Assembly (NCBI GenBank): GCA_013792005.1
Contig: VMSU01000028.1
Location: 104-64,103 of the forward strand
Source of the DNA: Desulfobulbaceae bacterium
Lineage (GTDB): Bacteria; Desulfobacterota; Desulfobulbia; Desulfobulbales; VMSU01
Direction of reading: 5' to 3'
Length of the DNA: 64,000 bases
In this document: positions 36,177-45,180 of the stretch, piece after piece
Layout: the number at the start of each line of letters is the position of its first letter
Numbering within the stretch: position 1 is the first letter of the stretch
Translations under genes and position numbers: made by a program
Notes under the pieces: generated by a model
Told to the model about the DNA's origin: nothing
The model's input: the letters and a program-made list of their open reading frames with translations, nothing else
The model's database searches: none

Positions 36177-36206
36177 CGCGTTCTCCTTGCCAAAGTTACG
36201 ACAGCT

Positions 36207-36575
36207 TCATGCTCCAGTGGGTTCATATAGCTGGATCATCTCGACAAAATAGTTTTTGTTGATCGGTTTTGAGATGTAATTATTAAATCCGGCCTTCATG
36301 AATCGCTCCTTGTCACCTTTCATGGCATACGAGGTGAGAGCGATCACCGGGATCGCCTTTGTCGCATCCTCCTGGCGTAAACGGAGCACGGCGGAGATCC
36401 CGTCCAGCCGGGGCATCTGAATATCCATGAGGATAAGGTCGGGAATTGTCTGCCGGGCTACGGCAATCCCGGCCTCGCCATCCTCGGCGGTCAGGCATTG
36501 ATGCCCCATGGCTTCAACAATCACCCGGAATAGCTTAAGATTATGCGGGTTGTCTTCAACGATGAGAATTTTCAT
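36207..36575 (-). CDS. Single-domain (CheY-like) response regulator
   Basis: '[42 protein letters not shown]'. ATGA overlap with the upstream kinase stop. Confidence 0.9.
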   Translation of the reverse strand: MKILIVEDNPHNLKLFRVIVEAMGHQCLTAEDGEAGIAVARQTIPDLILMDIQMPRLDGISAVLRLRQEDATKAIPVIALTSYAMKGDKERFMKAGFNNYISKPINKNYFVEMIQLYEPTGA

Positions 36576-39500
36576 GCTGTACTCCCTCCCTGAATTATTT
36601 GGTCAGTTGTCAGCGCCGACTTGGCCTGCAACACTGACAGCAGACCCTCAAAGGTGTCGCCGTCATCCGGGAAAAAGGCGGCCTCCACCTCAAAGGAATG
36701 GCCAGTCCCATTCAGTATCTCTTTGAATCGGGCCAGGGACTTGGCTAGTATGTTCCGTTCCATCCCGATAACGGCCAGACTGATGACCTGGTGGTCGGCA
36801 TCCGCCATGAGAACATCGTGCCCCCTGGTTTTCTGCTGAATTGTCGCCGCAGCAGCAATAAAATTCTCCAGCGGCATGAGGCTGGCGGGTTGGAAACGAA
36901 AGAGGGCGAATTCAACCTGTTCACGCTTGCCTAGAGAGAGTAGCCGGTTGATGTGCCGGCTCCCGGATTGCCAGTCCAGGATTCTGGTGCCGGGCAATAC
37001 ATTCGCAGCATCCTGAGCCTTGTCCTTCTCCAGGGGCTCGGTCGCCGTCTCTGGTAGCATAAAGATAAAGCGGCTGCCGACCCCTAATTCGCTTTCGACC
37101 CAGATCCGGCCACCGTGCAGTTCTATGAACCTGCAGCAGAGATTGAGGCCAAGCCCGGTGCCTGGATACTTTCGGCTCAGTTCCGTATCTAGCTGCTGGA
37201 AGGGTTTGAAAAGCCTAGAAATATCCTCTGGGGCAATGCCGATACCGGTGTCCTGCACGGTAATTCGTACCCAATCGCCTTCCTTGATCGCCATCACCAG
37301 GATCTTGCCACCATCCAGGGTGAATTTCATGGCATTAGACAGTAGATTTACCAGCACCTGTTTGATTTTGCGCTCATCGGCGACTATTTCCCCGACATCT
37401 CCAGCCAAGTCCACGGTCAGGGTAATGCCATGCTTCATAGCCTTTTCCTTGAAGAGGATCAGGCTATGTTCAACCAGATCGGTGAGGGCAAAAGTGGTGA
37501 GCTCAAGCTCCGCATGACCGGCTTCCACCTTGGAGAGATCAAGAATATCGTTGATCAGGCTGAGCAGATGGGTACTGCTGTCAATAACATCGCCCAGGTA
37601 TTCCCGTTGGATGTCGGTAGTTGGTCCGGCCATGTCATCACGGATGACCTCGGAAAAACCGATGATGGCATTGAGCGGGGTGCGCAGTTCATGGGACATG
37701 TTGGCCAAAAAATCGGATTTGGCCCGGTTGGCTGCCTCGGCCTGCTGTTTGGCCTCCTCAAGATTTGCGGTCCGTTCCGCTACACTCTTCTCCAGTCCCT
37801 CAATGAGCATGGCGTTTTCGATTGCCGTGGCCGTCTGATTGGTAAATATCTGGGCCAACTGGATGCGCTGCGGAGTAAAATGCCCGACCGTCGTGCTATA
37901 CAGCAGCAGGGTGCCGACGCATTTCTTCTTGGCACAGATCAACGGCAGCCCGAGCACCTCCTTGAACCCCTGACTTTGCATCTCCTCCGCCCAGAGATTG
38001 AGAAGAGGATCATCAAACCTCATCAGAACCGGCTGTTGCTCGCGCATTGAGCGGTCGGCCGGCCCCATCCCCAATGGCGACTCATCCCGCCTCACCCGGA
38101 TCGTCTTCAGGTAGTCACCGTCGCTGCCGGCCTGCGCCACTGGCCGGATGGTATTATCCTTGCCGGCCAAACCGATCCAGGCCAAGCGTACGGTAAAGAT
38201 ATCAATTGCTTGCTGGCAGATGGCCTTGGTCAGCTCGGCAAACACAGTAATCCCGAGGATGGAACTCGAACCCGAGGTCAGGGCCAGCACCTCATCGTTG
38301 AAGGCAGCCAGATCATTTTCGGCCTGTTTGCGAATGGTAATGTCGGTGGAAATGCCGCAGGTGGCATACTGAGCACCGGTTGCAGAGTAGAGGGGGAATT
38401 TGACCGAAATATAGGTGTGCAGTCCATCGCTCTGTAGCACCTCTTCTTCGAGCTCCATGGCACGGTTTGCCGCCAGCACCAGGCGATCGTTGGCCCGCAT
38501 GGCATCGGCCTGTTCTCTTGGAAAATACTCATGGTCGGAGGTGCCGACTACTTTCTCCCTCTCAATGGCAAAGAGTTCCTCCCAGCGTTTGTTGACCAGC
38601 AGGTATCTGCCATCAAGCCCCTTCATGTAGATGACGGCGCCCGAGTTGTTGATGATGTCTTGCAGTCTGGCTTCACTCTCCTTCAAGGCATTCTCCGCCT
38701 GTTTGCGGTCGGTGATATCCCGGGCGATGCCGAGCAGGGCAACGCACGCTCCCTGCTCATCCCGCACCGGCGCTGTCGTCAGGAAGGCCGGATATTCGGA
38801 GCCATCCTTTCTGGCCAGGTTCAGCTCGCCAACCCAGCCATCTGCCATGGTCCTGCTCAGTATCTCCTGTTCGAGCCCGGCTGGATTGTTGGCAGAAAGG
38901 TTTATGAAGGCATTCCTGCCGAGCATCTCCTTGGGCTGGTAGCCGAAATAGTTAATCACCATGGGATTGGCATGAATGATGGCGCCCTGGAGGTCGGTAA
39001 TCATAATAAGATCCCGGCTGCTGTCCAAGGCCTGGGCCAGCATGGTCACCTGCCGGTGGTTAAGGGCGTTCTGCAGGGCCACCGCTACAATATCGGCAAC
39101 GGAGCGTAATGACTCCTCCTCTCCGGCATTAAACACCTTGCCGGGTGGCAGGTAGAGGCAGAGAACCCCCACCAGCTTAGTGCCGACCATGAGCGGCAAT
39201 ACGCTATGGCCGTGCTCCGTCATGCCCTCATAGGTTGTGGTATGCCGGTAATCGGCAATAGTGGTTGCATAAATGGCCGCTTTCTTTGCCGCAGCCAAGC
39301 CGCAGAGACACTGGCCCACCGGCACAGTGCCGCAGCGTTCGAGCATATTAGGGCAATACTCGCGCGAGGCAACCAGGGTCAGGTGCTGTTTGTCCTCGTC
39401 AAACAGGAAGATCCCGCCTTTCTTGTCCAAGGTAAGCAGCTCCAGGCTCAGTATCTCGTCCAGGATATCATTCACCAGGAGATCAAAATTCAAGGTCCGA

Positions 39501-40327
39501 CTAGCCGCCCCACCTATGCGGTGCAGCATGGAGAGACGCCACATGGATTCATCCTTCTCCTTGAAGAGGACGGACAGGGTGGCGGCCATCTCATTGAAGG
39601 CTATTGCTAGGGAGCTTATCTCGCCCTGCCCCAGCACCGGCAGGTGAACGGCAAAGTCCCTCTGCCTGATCCGCTCTGTCGCCCGCTTTAACTCTTTGAT
39701 TGGCCGGATCAAGTTACGCTGGACATATAAGCTACTGCCTAGCGCTATGAGCAAAAAAAGGAACAGAAGGTAGTACCTGGTGTTGGCAAACTTACGCAAT
39801 TCGGCGTTGTAATGTCTCTCCAGCGAGGTGACCAGGGTGTCGAGATTGTTGATTGTGTCAGCGAAGGCGTCATGGCAGGCGGCGCACGACCTTTGTTGTT
39901 CCGCCAGTGGGGCGGTGATAATTTTCAGGAGCAGGGGGGCCTGGGAAACATCCCAGCGTTCGATGAGTCCGCTGACAAGAGTCCGGGACTGCCGGTCATG
40001 CATGTGTATCGCTTTCAGGTCGAGCGTCTCATCACCATCACGCAGGCCATACAGTACCGCTCGATACCGTTTCATTGCCCTCTCAACCTTGGCTAATTGG
40101 CTTTCGGCCTTGCTCGTATTGTCCGGGAAAATGCCGATCAGCAAGTGCATCTGCAAGGTAATTTGCATCAGCTGCAGGCGTTGGCGCCCAGCCAGGTTCA
40201 CCTTTCTGGACTCGCCCCGCATATGTGTGGTCAGTAAAAAGGTGGAGCCCGCCAGAAGCGCAAAAAAGGCCAGGGCCAGAAAACTCAGAAAAAGGTATTT
40301 GGCGGTCAGCGACTGAGTGAATTTCAT
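36572..40327 (-). CDS. 1251-aa sensor histidine kinase: PilJ/NarX-type periplasmic four-helix sensor with CxxCH, HAMP, GAF, PAS x2, GAF, HisKA, HATPase, degenerate GGDEF-like tail
   Basis: TM1, '[13 protein letters not shown]' P-box-like motif, 'SCAACHD', TM2 '[18 protein letters not shown]', HAMP '[14 protein letters not shown]', H-box '[21 protein letters not shown]', ATPase '[18 protein letters not shown]'. Confidence 0.9.
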   Translation of the reverse strand: MKFTQSLTAKYLFLSFLALAFFALLAGSTFLLTTHMRGESRKVNLAGRQRLQLMQITLQMHLLIGIFPDNTSKAESQLAKVERAMKRYRAVLYGLRDGDETLDLKAIHMHDRQSRTLVSGLIERWDVSQAPLLLKIITAPLAEQQRSCAACHDAFADTINNLDTLVTSLERHYNAELRKFANTRYYLLFLFLLIALGSSLYVQRNLIRPIKELKRATERIRQRDFAVHLPVLGQGEISSLAIAFNEMAATLSVLFKEKDESMWRLSMLHRIGGAASRTLNFDLLVNDILDEILSLELLTLDKKGGIFLFDEDKQHLTLVASREYCPNMLERCGTVPVGQCLCGLAAAKKAAIYATTIADYRHTTTYEGMTEHGHSVLPLMVGTKLVGVLCLYLPPGKVFNAGEEESLRSVADIVAVALQNALNHRQVTMLAQALDSSRDLIMITDLQGAIIHANPMVINYFGYQPKEMLGRNAFINLSANNPAGLEQEILSRTMADGWVGELNLARKDGSEYPAFLTTAPVRDEQGACVALLGIARDITDRKQAENALKESEARLQDIINNSGAVIYMKGLDGRYLLVNKRWEELFAIEREKVVGTSDHEYFPREQADAMRANDRLVLAANRAMELEEEVLQSDGLHTYISVKFPLYSATGAQYATCGISTDITIRKQAENDLAAFNDEVLALTSGSSSILGITVFAELTKAICQQAIDIFTVRLAWIGLAGKDNTIRPVAQAGSDGDYLKTIRVRRDESPLGMGPADRSMREQQPVLMRFDDPLLNLWAEEMQSQGFKEVLGLPLICAKKKCVGTLLLYSTTVGHFTPQRIQLAQIFTNQTATAIENAMLIEGLEKSVAERTANLEEAKQQAEAANRAKSDFLANMSHELRTPLNAIIGFSEVIRDDMAGPTTDIQREYLGDVIDSSTHLLSLINDILDLSKVEAGHAELELTTFALTDLVEHSLILFKEKAMKHGITLTVDLAGDVGEIVADERKIKQVLVNLLSNAMKFTLDGGKILVMAIKEGDWVRITVQDTGIGIAPEDISRLFKPFQQLDTELSRKYPGTGLGLNLCCRFIELHGGRIWVESELGVGSRFIFMLPETATEPLEKDKAQDAANVLPGTRILDWQSGSRHINRLLSLGKREQVEFALFRFQPASLMPLENFIAAAATIQQKTRGHDVLMADADHQVISLAVIGMERNILAKSLARFKEILNGTGHSFEVEAAFFPDDGDTFEGLLSVLQAKSALTTDQIIQGGSTA

Positions 40328-40337
40328 GGGTTATCCC

Positions 40338-40829
40338 CTACATTTTTATGTCCTGCGTGTTCGCTGTTCCACCTGCCTTTACAGATGCCTCGGCACGTTT
40401 AACAGCCGGAAAGAACATATCCTCTTCTTCCTTGAGATGGGCGGTCATATCAAGGGAAATTCGATCAAAGATGGGGACGATTTCGATCACCTCAAGATGG
40501 TGTGTGCCATGGACCTCCGCAATTTTACGGAGATACGCGGCAATTTGGCCGGTGTTTTCTTTGAGATAGGCATGGTGGACGTTGATGATGTAGTCGATCA
40601 GGAAGGACAGATCCCACGATGCATAGTTTTGGCTTCGTTCAACCGGGGCACTCTTGGCAGCTGCAAGATCTGTGGTTATCGAGGCAAGATCAATCCCTTT
40701 TTCTGAGCAAACTGCTGCAAGAGGGATGTTACCACCACAACAAAAGTCAATGTCATGGGATTTAAACACCTTAGCGGTCCTGAAATCACTGGAGACAATC
40801 TCACCAATAGTTTGCGCTGAGAGGTTCAT
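40338..40829 (-). CDS. Iron-sulfur cluster repair di-iron protein (RIC / YtfE / ScdA family)
   Basis: 'DIDFCCGG' N-terminal ScdA motif. Hemerythrin-like His/Glu motifs 'NVHHAYLKEN', 'HGTHHLEVIE', 'HLKEEEDMFFP'. ATG at 40829. Confidence 0.85.
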   Translation of the reverse strand: MNLSAQTIGEIVSSDFRTAKVFKSHDIDFCCGGNIPLAAVCSEKGIDLASITTDLAAAKSAPVERSQNYASWDLSFLIDYIINVHHAYLKENTGQIAAYLRKIAEVHGTHHLEVIEIVPIFDRISLDMTAHLKEEEDMFFPAVKRAEASVKAGGTANTQDIKM

Positions 40830-40892
40830 TTTAAACGGGTTACCTCTACAACCTGCAGAAAATAACTCCACAATCACCCCATTTTTTCAGGG

Positions 40893-41051
40893 TTACTCCT
40901 TTTCGAAATCACTCTTGCCAGCACCACAAACAGGGCAGATCCAGTCATCTGGCAGACTCTCAAACGAAGTCCCTGGGCTAATTCCACTATCTGGATCGCC
41001 AAGGGCAGGGTCATAGACATATCCACAAACTTGACAAACATATTTAACCAT
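40893..41051 (-). CDS. Rubredoxin (52 aa; below the ORF-track size cutoff)
   Basis: Hand translation [52 protein letters not shown], with both CxxCG knuckles and the 'PDDW.CP.CG' signature. AAGGAGA RBS. Confidence 0.9.
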   Translation of the reverse strand: MVKYVCQVCGYVYDPALGDPDSGISPGTSFESLPDDWICPVCGAGKSDFEKE

Positions 41052-41115
41052 ATTTATTCTCCTTTGTTGTTGAGAAGATGTACGTTTGGAAAACCACAGG
41101 GTGCTCTATACCGAA

Positions 41116-41284
41116 GAAAAATGGTAACTGTCCAGCAGTGCCATATCTGCGTTGTTATCGGCCTGCTCATGTGCGAAAAGCACACATCGCAGGCCGATGC
41201 CTAGCATCTGCGGCACTACTGAACAGTTACGGTTCTGGGCTTCGGCACCTTTCTGGGTCAGAAGGTGGATAGTTACGAAAAATG
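41116..41284. repeat. Divergent MITE-like element, copy G
   Basis: Ends 'gaaaaatggtaactgtcc' and 'ggatagttacgaaaaatg' share the inverted GTAACTRTCC block. The core 41143-41196 matches copy F and contains the palindrome TGTGCGAAAAGCACA (41170-41184). Confidence 0.4.
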
Positions 41285-41455
41285 AACACACTGTGGCTTT
41301 CCGCTTTCTTATTTTTTAAAGTTCAAAATAACCATTACACATTTACCATGGCCTATACGGCCCCTTATGCCGCTGCCATGGATAGGATGTGACAATAATT
41401 TATTGACAACAGCTTACTCCAGTTTGATAACGGATATGGATTGTCAAAACATCAC

Positions 41456-42088
41456 TCATATGCCGTGTTCATGAGGAACTGCCGCTTTCTCATCAGCGCC
41501 GTGATGCATTCCACCGCCCTTGATCAAACCATGCAAACCTTCAACGTAATGGGTGAAAGTGACATAGGCCTCCACGAATTCTCGGCCTGCGGTGACACTG
41601 TGATCGGCGTGTATCTTGGTTTCACGAGCGTGGGCGAAACGCGCCTGGATGCCGCTGGCCATGGCCTTGGTCAGGGTGTCAACCAGGGTATCGACCGATC
41701 CGTTGTCCAAGGCCTTGTCAGCCATGGCCACTGCCGGGTCAATGTCCTTGCCCTCCTTGAGGCCGGTGTAGGGCGCCCCTTCTCCTTCCCGGTGGATACG
41801 GACCAATGTCTCGAAGAAGTATTTGTCTGCCAGCTCCTTTGCCTCGGGACCCTTGGCCCGCACTGTCATGGTCTGTTGAAATGCGTGCCGGATCTCACTC
41901 TCGTTCTCCGGTCGCACCCACTTGAGCAGGGGGGTGACATCACCTTTTTCCAGGGCGGTTCGAGCCGTTTGTACCACAGGCCCAATCAGGGTGTCGCAGT
42001 GGGCATAACTCTGTGCTGGAAAGAAAATAAACGTTGCCAGGAGCAGTATGGAACCTGAAAAGCAGGGGATAAACTGTTTCGTTCTCAT
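41456..42088 (-). CDS. Secreted protein of unknown function (DUF6448-like)
   Basis: Signal peptide ending 'AQSYA', followed by 'HCDTLIGPVV', which I recall as the DUF6448 N-terminal motif. AAGGAG RBS. The 205-aa plus-strand ORF here is judged spurious. Confidence 0.6.
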   Translation of the reverse strand: MRTKQFIPCFSGSILLLATFIFFPAQSYAHCDTLIGPVVQTARTALEKGDVTPLLKWVRPENESEIRHAFQQTMTVRAKGPEAKELADKYFFETLVRIHREGEGAPYTGLKEGKDIDPAVAMADKALDNGSVDTLVDTLTKAMASGIQARFAHARETKIHADHSVTAGREFVEAYVTFTHYVEGLHGLIKGGGMHHGADEKAAVPHEHGI

Positions 42089-42129
42089 GGCGGTTCTCCT
42101 TTGGTTGTGGTTACTGTTGGACTTTGATT

Positions 42130-42309
42130 TTATTGATTGTCTTCGCTCAAGGAAATGGCGCTGACCGGACAGGAATCAATAGCTTCTTGACAATCGCAGG
42201 TCGAGCATTGATCAGCACCAATGACTTGCGATTTTTCATCCTCCATCACAAACATCTCGGGACAGAGATCTGCACATATTCCGTAGCCTATAGCATGATG
42301 GTCTCGCAA
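42130..42309 (-). CDS. Ferredoxin-like 59-aa ORF (atypical Cys pattern; possibly 5'-truncated by the MITE)
   Basis: Hand translation (TTG)MRDHHAIGYGICADLCPEMFVMEDEKSQVIGADQCSTCDCQEAIDSCPVSAISLSEDNQ. Aligns to small Desulfovibrio-type ferredoxins, but the first two cluster Cys are replaced by A and Y. The only in-frame start is a TTG inside the repeat end. Confidence 0.4.
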   Translation of the reverse strand: MRDHHAIGYGICADLCPEMFVMEDEKSQVIGADQCSTCDCQEAIDSCPVSAISLSEDNQ

Positions 42310-42497
42310 AAAGTCCGGGGATGGCTAAGCAGGTAAGCGAGCCTGCGAGACTCCGAAAGGTGCGATATACAGGTAAGCGATCGAAGAGAGACTCCGAGGC
42401 GCGGGGTGTGTTTTGTGAGTGAGGCCATACATCTGGTATGCCGAACGAGCAAAACCGCCACGCAACACAGTAGATCGGACTTTTTGCGACGCCATCA
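42296..42497 (-). mobile_element. MITE-like element, copy D (best-preserved full-length copy, two internal modules)
   Basis: Terminal inverted repeats: 42296-42317 'tgatggtctcgcaaaaagtccg' versus the reverse complement of 42476-42497 'tgatggcgtcgcaaaaagtccg' (20 of 22 by hand). No ORF of its own. Confidence 0.75.
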
Positions 42498-42509
42498 ACT
42501 GTAGCCCAA

Positions 42510-42548
42510 ACAAAAAAGCCCTTGAATCAATTCAAGGGCTTTTTTGTT
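42510..42548. terminator. Bidirectional rho-independent terminator
   Basis: 'aaaaaagcccttgaa tcaa ttcaagggctttttt': 9-bp GC-containing stem flanked by an A-tract and a T-tract. Lies 38 nt downstream of the NlpC/P60 gene stop. Confidence 0.8.
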
Positions 42549-42585
42549 TGGTGATGACCAGAACTCGTTGTTTGATCGTAACATA

Positions 42586-43938
42586 TTATATTATACCTTT
42601 TCCTTCCGCATCGTTGCGCACCGCCAGTCTCGCTTTTTCTTTGAGTTTGCCAGGGTCAAATATTCCAACGCTGACTTTAAGTGATGTCCTTTTGTTTCGT
42701 GCAAGTTTGAACCAATTGGTAATCTCTGCAGATAACGTTTCTTCTCCCACCCGCTTTGCTGCTTTGCCTCCATCGACTTGATGATCAATGACTCCGGAGT
42801 TGACGTAAGTCCACTCTCCATCTTTTTGAGAAATAACTCCAGTGTGGCCTCGAGACGGGGTAGAAAACGAAAGCAACACTCCCTCCTGTAAGAGAGGTTC
42901 GATTCGGGTCATGACATCATCTGCCTGTTGCTCAGCATTGTTGATCACTGAAAAAGATTCATCAAAGAGCTTGTTTCCGGCAACTTCAATCAGACCTTCA
43001 CCATTGTGATAGGCGTTGTGACGAAGTCCTTGGTTTGTGGCAAGTTGAACAAGATGCTGCCGCAGTCCGTTGTTTCCTTTGTATTGGACACCGAGATCTT
43101 CCAGCCCGCGAATGACTAAACCATAGCAATCGATTTTATGATAGGGACGGCCCAGGTATGATTTGACCGATTCAGCAAACCTTTTGGCAAAACCATTGCT
43201 ATTAGAAATAGTTTGAGTTGATTCTATAACAGAGGTGATTGAAGTACCGTTACTCTGGGGCGTGGCACTGATTTTTGGCGCTGTTTTGTCTTGAAATGAT
43301 AACTCCAACGTTTTGGGGTCGATGAAAACCTGAGAGCCTGGTTGTAAGGTTGTGTAAGGTTTGTTGCGGTTTACAGTAGAAAAAATGATATCCCAGGTAT
43401 CGTTACTATAATAGGGATGGTTCTTGAGCAGATGGGAAAGGGTTGGCTGTTCGAAATTAATGTTACCGAGATTTATCAAGCCAGTATCGTTTTGTTGATT
43501 ATTTGAATCTAACACGTTGTTTTCTTGAACAGTTACCGGTTGGGATGGGGTGTTTTCCCAAATGATCTCCTTCGTGGAAGAGTCAAGAAAGACCTCGACA
43601 CCGGGCCTCATGTCGGTAAATTGTTTTTCTTGATTGATATCGGAGAATATAATCTCCCAACATTGAGCGTTGAGGTCTGGGTGGTTGATCAGAAGATGAG
43701 AGACGGAGGGTGAAGAGTCGTTGATTTTCCCCAGAGAGATCGGCATTTTTTGTCCATTGATACCAATAACTCCTGATTTCTCGATTGCATATGTATTGCC
43801 TGATTCACGGCTTGAAACTGTTGAGGTGTTGTTCTGAAAGGAGAGAATAGCGGAAAATTGTTTAGCTGAGCCGGATCGAGGAGCCACGGATCCTCTTGCT
43901 GCTGAGGGCGTCTCAGTATGTAGCGGAGTGATCGGCAT
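42586..43938 (-). CDS. NlpC/P60-like cysteine peptidase with two N-terminal approx. 65-aa repeats; no signal peptide
   Basis: C-terminal 'YHKIDCYGLVIRGL' (Cys nucleophile context) and 'SRGHTGVIS' (His). Repeats '..PSVSHLLINHP..WEIIFSDIN..MRPGVEVFLD' and '..PTLSHLLKNHP..WDIIFSTVN..LQPGSQVFID'. ATG at 43938. Confidence 0.55.
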   Translation of the reverse strand: MPITPLHTETPSAARGSVAPRSGSAKQFSAILSFQNNTSTVSSRESGNTYAIEKSGVIGINGQKMPISLGKINDSSPSVSHLLINHPDLNAQCWEIIFSDINQEKQFTDMRPGVEVFLDSSTKEIIWENTPSQPVTVQENNVLDSNNQQNDTGLINLGNINFEQPTLSHLLKNHPYYSNDTWDIIFSTVNRNKPYTTLQPGSQVFIDPKTLELSFQDKTAPKISATPQSNGTSITSVIESTQTISNSNGFAKRFAESVKSYLGRPYHKIDCYGLVIRGLEDLGVQYKGNNGLRQHLVQLATNQGLRHNAYHNGEGLIEVAGNKLFDESFSVINNAEQQADDVMTRIEPLLQEGVLLSFSTPSRGHTGVISQKDGEWTYVNSGVIDHQVDGGKAAKRVGEETLSAEITNWFKLARNKRTSLKVSVGIFDPGKLKEKARLAVRNDAEGKGII

Positions 43939-44340
43939 AGTGTTTCGGAGGCGAATAGTTGTGAGTTGTAATCTTGTACCCAATAATCAGTCAGTTGAGC
44001 TGTCTGACTACAACTCAACTCGAATTCTCTTTATATTGGAATGATATCTTGTTCTTTTGCAATTGTAGGGCCATGCCTATTAGTTTCTGATTATTCATTC
44101 ATAATGGCTTGTGTTTGTTATTATTAATGTGAGTTACGTGTGTCGTGGCACTCTCCATGAGACATGGTTTTATTGACATAGTGTTTGATGTCTGACATGA
44201 GCTATCCGAGGTTTCATGTGATCCGGGAATCTTGTTGCAATTTAAGGGTTGACTCAGTATCTTACCGAGCGAGAAAATCGATAAATTTGCCGTATTCCGG
44301 CTGGACTTATAGAAAAAATAGAGGGTGAGGGTACACGCGT

Positions 44341-45180
44341 ATGTGGGACTATACCGAAACTGTTAAAGATCATTTTTTAAACCCCAGAAATGTTGGTCAG
44401 ATTGATGACGCCAATGCAGTGGGAGAGGTGGGTTCACTGGCCTGCGGGGATGCCTTGAAACTGATGCTTAAGGTTGATGATAAGGAAATCATCACTGATG
44501 CCAAATTTCAGACCTTTGGCTGTGCCAGTGCCATTGCCTCTTCCTCAGCATTGACCGAAATGGTTAAAGGGATGAAGATTTCTGAAGCCGCAAAAATCAC
44601 CAATGCCGATATCGCCGATTTTTTAGGTGGATTACCCAAGGAGAAGATGCATTGTTCTGTTATGGGTCGTGAGGCGCTGGAAGCGGCTATTGCCAATTAT
44701 CGTGGAGTTTCGTTGCCAACAGTTGAAGGTGAAGTGGTCTGCGAGTGCTTTGGCGTGACCGATGTCGAGGTTCGTCGAGCCATTGCTGAAAGTCATCTGC
44801 GGACGGTGGAGGAAATTACCAATTTTACCAAGGCTGGTGGTGGCTGCGGAAAATGTCATGACCGTTTGCAAGAGATTTTGAATGAGGGCGTGTCCAGCGT
44901 CAAAGCCAAAATCATCCCTCTGAAAGCGCCACGACGGATGACCAATATCCAGAAGATCAAGGCAGTCGAAGATGTCTTCGAACGGGAAGTTCGACCAACC
45001 TTGCGTAAGGATGGCGGCGATATTGAACTGATTGATGTGGATGGAGATATTGTCATTGTATCCTTACGAGGAGCGTGTGGCAGTTGCGCCAAGTCTCGGA
45101 CCACTCTTAAGGAGTATGTGGAAAAGAAGTTACGTGAGCAGGTCCTTGATACCCTGACTGTGGAGGAAGATAAGGCATGA
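44341..45180 (+). CDS. nifU: Fe-S cluster assembly scaffold NifU (three-domain type)
   Basis: IscU-like 'GSLACGDALKL' and 'FGCASAIASSSA'. Central 'CECFGV..GGGCGKCH'. C-terminal Nfu 'LRGACGSCAKS'. Confidence 0.9.
   Translation: MWDYTETVKDHFLNPRNVGQIDDANAVGEVGSLACGDALKLMLKVDDKEIITDAKFQTFGCASAIASSSALTEMVKGMKISEAAKITNADIADFLGGLPKEKMHCSVMGREALEAAIANYRGVSLPTVEGEVVCECFGVTDVEVRRAIAESHLRTVEEITNFTKAGGGCGKCHDRLQEILNEGVSSVKAKIIPLKAPRRMTNIQKIKAVEDVFEREVRPTLRKDGGDIELIDVDGDIVIVSLRGACGSCAKSRTTLKEYVEKKLREQVLDTLTVEEDKA

Noticed and set aside
37430-39647. Multiple 100-200-aa plus-strand ORFs
   Set aside because: All are antisense to the 1251-aa kinase gene, whose domains are continuous. They are shadow ORFs.
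41441-42058. 205-aa plus-strand ORF
   Set aside because: It is antisense to the signal-peptide DUF6448-like gene, which has an AAGGAG RBS. The plus-strand translation has no features.
44224-44239. Sigma54-like element 'cGGgaatcttgTTGCA' upstream of nifU
   Set aside because: Only the GG and the TTGCA blocks match, and the -24 box is otherwise poor. No enhancer-binding protein or UAS is evident. This is not enough to call.
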